Assembly: GCA_022508635.1 (NCBI GenBank)
Contig: JAFLUV010000001.1
Coordinates: forward strand, 1-40,505
DNA from: Prevotellaceae bacterium
GTDB lineage: Bacteria; Bacteroidota; Bacteroidia; Bacteroidales; Bacteroidaceae
Direction of reading: 5' to 3'
Length of the DNA stretch: 40,505 nucleotides
In this document: positions 37,301-40,505 of the stretch, piece by piece
How positions within the stretch are numbered: position 1 is the stretch's first letter
How the letters are laid out: the number at the start of each line of letters is the position of its first letter
Translations under genes and position numbers: made by a program
The notes under the pieces: model-generated
Database searches by the model: none
What the model was told of the DNA's origin: nothing
Seen by the model: the letters and a program-made list of their open reading frames with translations, nothing else

Positions 37301-38208
37301 TCCGAAGGCTGAGCATCATCTTTGTGAATAAGGATGGAAGGAACATTACTGGACATGATCTGCTCGATAGCATCCTCGTCAAGTACACATTCGCGCTCCA
37401 GAATTATTTCGTTGCGCTCGATAGAAACCACCTCGCCCGTGTCTTCGTCGACGAAGTCTTCTATCCAGCTCTTCAGCACACGGGCTGCAAGTTTGCATCC
37501 AAGATGCTTTTTCAGGTTTTCACGAGTGGCCTTGATTTCTTCGGCAAGATCAAAAATCTGTAAAATGTCCTTGTCATTCTCAAAGCCGATGGCACGAAGC
37601 AACGTAGTAACAGGCAACTTCTTCTTACGATCAATGTACGCATACATGACATTGTTAATGTCCGTTGCAAACTCAATCCAGCTACCCTTGAAAGGAATAA
37701 TACGAGCCGAATAAAGCTGGGAACCGTTGGCATGCATACTGCTACCGAAGAAAACACCAGGAGAACGATGAAGCTGTGATACAACGACACGTTCAGCACC
37801 ATTGATGATGAAGGTGCCATTGTCCGTCATATAAGGAATGAAACCAAGAAAGACATCTTGAACAACTGTGGAGAATTCCTCATGGTCAGGATCATCACAA
37901 CTCAGTTTCAGTTTTGCCTTCAAAGGTACACTATACGTAAGGTCACGCTCCAAGCACTCCTCTATAGAATAGCGAGGAGGGTCAATGAAGTAGTCGAGAA
38001 ACTCCAGATTAAAGTTGTTACGGGTATCATTAATCGGGAAGTTTTCAGAGAAGACCTTATACAAACCATCGTACCTCCTCAGTTCGGGAGGTGTGTCAAG
38101 TTGTAAGAAGTCCTTAAATGACTTCAATTGCACTTCCAAAAAGTCAGGATATGCCAGCGGACTTTTTACAGAAGCAAAATTAATTCTCTGATTCTTTTTG
38201 TTAGCCAT
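34399..38208 (-). CDS. rpoB: DNA-directed RNA polymerase subunit beta
   Basis: 1269 aa. Conserved segments [35 protein letters not shown] and [12 protein letters not shown]. Confidence 0.99.
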   Translation of the reverse strand: MANKKNQRINFASVKSPLAYPDFLEVQLKSFKDFLQLDTPPELRRYDGLYKVFSENFPINDTRNNFNLEFLDYFIDPPRYSIEECLERDLTYSVPLKAKLKLSCDDPDHEEFSTVVQDVFLGFIPYMTDNGTFIINGAERVVVSQLHRSPGVFFGSSMHANGSQLYSARIIPFKGSWIEFATDINNVMYAYIDRKKKLPVTTLLRAIGFENDKDILQIFDLAEEIKATRENLKKHLGCKLAARVLKSWIEDFVDEDTGEVVSIERNEIILERECVLDEDAIEQIMSSNVPSILIHKDDAQPSDYSIIFNTFQKDATNSEREAISYIYKQLRNADPVDDASAKEVILNLFFSEKRYDLGEVGRYRINHKLGLDTDPDVRVLTKEDIIEIIKYLIELVNSKANVDDIDHLSNRRVRTVGEQLANQFAIGLSRMIRTIRERMNVRDNEVFTPTDLLTSKSLGGVINSFFGTNALSQFMDQTNPLAEVTHKRRLSALGPGGLSRERAGFEVRDVHYTHYGRLCPIESPEGPNIGLISSLCVYAKINDLGFIETPYRRVQDGKVDLTPEGVCYMTAEEENGLVIGQGNAPLNDDGSFIRTKVKCRQDDDYPVVPPSEVNLMDVAPQQIASIAAALIPFLEHDDAHRALMGSNMMRQAVPLMRTEAPIVGTGIERQVCVDSRTMICAEGDGVVEYVDATTIRILYDRTEDEEFVSFEPALKEYRIPKFRRTNQNMTIDLRPICNKGDRVVNGQILTEGYSTEDGELALGKNLLVAYMPWKGYNYEDAIVLNERIVREDILTSVHVEEFSLEVRETKRGMEELTADIPNVSEEATKDLDENGIIRIGARVAPGDIMIGKITPKGESDPSPEEKLLRAIFGDKAGDVKDASLKASPSLNGVVIDKKLFTKATKTGKMKQLDKPRLAAIDEEFSSKVEDLKAILVDKLLELTNKKKSQGITDNVGVELIAQGGTITANLLNNIDYTTVQLTGWTDDEHVNELIGKLIINYLKKYKLLETEMKRKKYAISLGDELPNGIIQLAKVYIAKKRKIGVGDKMAGRHGNKGIVSKVVRQEDMPFLADGTPVDIVLNPLGVPSRMNIGQIFETVLGAAGQKLGVKFATPIFDGASLDDLCEWTDKAGLPRYCSTQLYDGATGEPFDQLATVGVAYMLKLGHMVEDKMHARSIGPYSLITQQPLGGKAQFGGQRFGEMEVWAIEAFGASHVLQEILTIKSDDVVGRSKAYEAIVKGDHMPTPGIPESLNVLLHELRGLGLRVSLE

Positions 38209-38349
38209 CTAAAAGTTGTATTGTATTCTCGTGAATTTATATATGAATGCCTCATGCACATATTGATGCCACGGTACGCTGTATTTGTCAACACAACATT
38301 TACCCTATGTTCAGGACATTAGCAGACACATATTATAGTTTATAGACGC

Positions 38350-38387
38350 AAAAAGGTAAAGAACCCTCTACCAGAGAATTCTTTACC
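38350..38387 (-). terminator. hairpin plus T-run between rplL and rpoB (likely partial terminator/attenuator)
   Basis: The minus strand reads GGTAAAGAAttCTCTggtAGAGggTTCTTTACC followed by TTTTT, 27 nt after the rplL stop. An rplL-rpoB attenuator is established in E. coli. I saw no TAnnTTTG box between it and rpoB, so rpoBC transcription presumably needs read-through. Confidence 0.6.
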
Positions 38388-38413
38388 GATAGTCCTTATT
38401 ACAGGAGGAAATA

Positions 38414-38788
38414 TTACTTCAGTTCTACCTCAGCACCAGCCTCTTCAAGAGTTTTCTTCAGAGCCTCGGCATCAGCCTTAGGCATACCTTCCTTCAGCAC
38501 GCTGGGAGCACCGTCAACCATTTCCTTAGCTTCCTTCAGACCCAGACCGCAAGCTTCCTTGACAGCCTTTACAACCTGAAGCTTAGCAGCGCCTGCACTC
38601 TTGAGAACGACATCGAAGTCAGTCTTTTCCTCAGCAGCAGCACCTGCACCGTCACCACCTGCAGCAACTACGACAGCAGCAGCAGCGGGCTCAATGCCAT
38701 AAGTTTCCTTAAGTTCATTCTTAAGATCGATTACTTCTTGTACTGTGAGCGCTACGAGCTCAGCAGCAATAGCCTTAATATCAGCCAT
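38414..38788 (-). CDS. rplL: 50S ribosomal protein L7/L12
   Basis: 124 aa. Ala/Gly hinge [20 protein letters not shown] and C-terminal domain [24 protein letters not shown]. Confidence 0.98.
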   Translation of the reverse strand: MADIKAIAAELVALTVQEVIDLKNELKETYGIEPAAAAVVVAAGGDGAGAAAEEKTDFDVVLKSAGAAKLQVVKAVKEACGLGLKEAKEMVDGAPSVLKEGMPKADAEALKKTLEEAGAEVELK

Positions 38789-38825
38789 TTCTTTAATGTA
38801 TTTAAATTGTTATTATTCTTGATAT

Positions 38826-39332
38826 TTATTCGACTGCTGCTTCTGCAGCTTTCTCTTCACGATTCTCCAGAGCGCTCAGCACGTTCATAATCGGAGATTC
38901 AAGGGCAGCGATAACGTCTGCTATCAGCTCGTTCTTGCTCTTCAGAGCGACGAGAGTCATCAACTGGTCAGCGCCTACATAGAGTGAACCTTCAGCATAG
39001 GCAGCCTTGAACGCAGGCTTCTCTTGTTTTTTGCCGTTCAGCTCCTTGATGAGCTTAGCTGGAGCATTAGCGGTCTCTGTTAAAATAACTGCCGTCGTTC
39101 CAACTAAGACAGGCTTTAACTCATCGAAGTTCTGTTCCGTTGCCTCAAGAGCCTTAACCATCAGTGAATTCTTGACCACGACCATTTTAAGGCCTTTGTC
39201 GAAACACATGCGGCGCAGACTGCTCGTGCTGGCAGCATTCATTCCCTCTACATCTACCAAATAGAAGTGGGGATACTGCTTCAACAGTTCACCAAGTTGC
39301 GCAATAATTGCGGTTTTATCTTCCTTTCTCAT
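38826..39332 (-). CDS. rplJ: 50S ribosomal protein L10
   Basis: 168 aa. Its position between rplA and rplL and the L10-like sequence (FYLVDVEGMNAASTSSLRRMC) support the call. Confidence 0.95.
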   Translation of the reverse strand: MRKEDKTAIIAQLGELLKQYPHFYLVDVEGMNAASTSSLRRMCFDKGLKMVVVKNSLMVKALEATEQNFDELKPVLVGTTAVILTETANAPAKLIKELNGKKQEKPAFKAAYAEGSLYVGADQLMTLVALKSKNELIADVIAALESPIMNVLSALENREEKAAEAAVE

Positions 39333-39346
39333 GATGTTACAGCTTT

Positions 39347-40045
39347 TTATATTTCCTCAGTAGCCTTAGGATCAACCTTGATGCCACGACTCATAGTACT
39401 GGAAAGATAAATACTCTTAACATACGTGCCCTTGGCAGCAGCAGGCTTCAACTTGATGATAGTTGCGATGAATTCCTTTGCATTCTGAGCGATCATCTCT
39501 GCAGTGAAAGACACTTTGCCGATGGAGGTATGCACGATACCGCTTTTGTCAACTTTGAAGTCAATCTTACCCTGCTTCACTTCACGGACAGCCTTAGCTA
39601 CATCCATAGTTACAGTTCCGCTTTTGGGATTAGGCATCAAGCCACGAGGACCGAGAACACGTCCCAATGCACCGATTTTACCCATAATGGAGGGCATCGT
39701 GATAATGACGTCAATGTCAGTCCATCCTCCTTTAATTTTCTCGATATATTCATCGAGACCTACATAGTCAGCACCTGCTTCCTTGGCAGCAGCTTCGGCA
39801 TCTGGTGTGCAGAGGCACAGCACGCGGGTTACCTTACCCGTTCCGTTGGGCAATGATACGACACCGCGAACCATCTGGTTTGCCTTTCTGGGGTCAACAC
39901 CTAAACGCACATCAATATCTACAGAAGCATCGAATTTGGTGGTGGTAATCTCTTTCACCAAACTGGCAGCCTCCTTCAAGGTGTATGCCTTCCCTGCTTC
40001 AATCTTATCAGCTACCAACTTTTGGTTTTTTGTCAGTTTACTCAT
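39347..40045 (-). CDS. rplA: 50S ribosomal protein L1
   Basis: 232 aa. [25 protein letters not shown] and [16 protein letters not shown]. Confidence 0.98.
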   Translation of the reverse strand: MSKLTKNQKLVADKIEAGKAYTLKEAASLVKEITTTKFDASVDIDVRLGVDPRKANQMVRGVVSLPNGTGKVTRVLCLCTPDAEAAAKEAGADYVGLDEYIEKIKGGWTDIDVIITMPSIMGKIGALGRVLGPRGLMPNPKSGTVTMDVAKAVREVKQGKIDFKVDKSGIVHTSIGKVSFTAEMIAQNAKEFIATIIKLKPAAAKGTYVKSIYLSSTMSRGIKVDPKATEEI

Positions 40046-40062
40046 TTTAATTGAAGTTAGAA

Positions 40063-40503
40063 TTATTTACCAGGGAACTCACCCTTGACAGTGATACCCA
40101 TACTTCTTGCAGTACCTGCTACCAAAGTCATTGCAGACTCTACAGTAAAGCAGTTCAAATCAGGCATTTTATCCTGAGCGATAGTACGAACCTGATCCCA
40201 AGTAATCTCGGCAACTTTCTTACGGTTGGGTTCTGCACTTCCGCCTTTAATCTTTGCAGCCTCCATCAATTGCACGGCTACAGGAGGAGTCTTGACGATG
40301 AAATCATACGACTTATCCGTGTAGTATGTAATGACAACAGGAAGCACCTTGCCGGCACGATCCTGCGTTCTGGCGTTGAATGCCTTACAGAAATCCATGA
40401 TATTAATACCTTTGGAACCTAAAGCAGGACCAACTGGGGGTGATGGATTTGCAGCGCCTCCTTTAATCTGTAATTTGATTAATCCAGCAACTTCTTTAGC
40501 CAT
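40063..40503 (-). CDS. rplK: 50S ribosomal protein L11
   Basis: 146 aa. [35 protein letters not shown]. The ATG at 40501-40503 lies just inside the window edge. Confidence 0.98.
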   Translation of the reverse strand: MAKEVAGLIKLQIKGGAANPSPPVGPALGSKGINIMDFCKAFNARTQDRAGKVLPVVITYYTDKSYDFIVKTPPVAVQLMEAAKIKGGSAEPNRKKVAEITWDQVRTIAQDKMPDLNCFTVESAMTLVAGTARSMGITVKGEFPGK

Positions 40504-40505
40504 TT

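Noticed and set aside
1-40505. Mobile element, prophage or genomic-island boundaries, and tRNA or rRNA genes
   Set aside because: I recognised no integrase, transposase, recombinase, phage structural gene, tRNA cloverleaf or long flanking direct repeats by eye. This is a negative visual result and should be confirmed with tRNAscan-SE, Infernal and ISfinder-type searches.

Overview
This is a 40.5-kb chromosomal window from a Bacteroidota genome. It is probably Bacteroidales and Prevotella-like, judged from TAnnTTTG promoter boxes, the lack of Shine-Dalgarno sequences, a Bat aerotolerance operon, and Bacteroidota-sized RpoB and RpoC. Coding density is high and I support 27 protein genes. From left to right on the minus strand: a UvrD/PcrA helicase, a small Cys/Trp-rich membrane protein, a LuxR-type response regulator, a 1149-aa TPR sensor kinase, a PAP2 phosphatase, the full MoxR-DUF58-BatA-BatB/C-BatD-BatE module, an HU-LysM membrane protein, HU, RimO and FtsY. 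On the plus strand: TopA, AroK, SpeA and a flavodiiron protein. Back on the minus strand: a GC-rich secreted beta-helix glycosidase (GH110-like), then rpoC, rpoB, rplL, rplJ, rplA and rplK. I saw no tRNA, rRNA, CRISPR array, integrase or transposase by eye. The window is mostly housekeeping, and I did not find a clear new multi-gene system such as a defence island. The most unusual items are: (1) the sensor kinase, which reads as an internal tandem duplication with complementary loss of the phospho-His and the ATP-binding motifs; (2) a 16-kb single-strand gene train that joins the Bat module to PAP2, the two-component pair, the membrane protein and the helicase; (3) a transmembrane HU-LysM fusion; (4) two phased tandem repeat arrays with palindromic cores (4 x 23 bp and 3 x 22 bp) in intergenic regions. 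All family assignments come from motifs read in the translations and have not been checked against databases.
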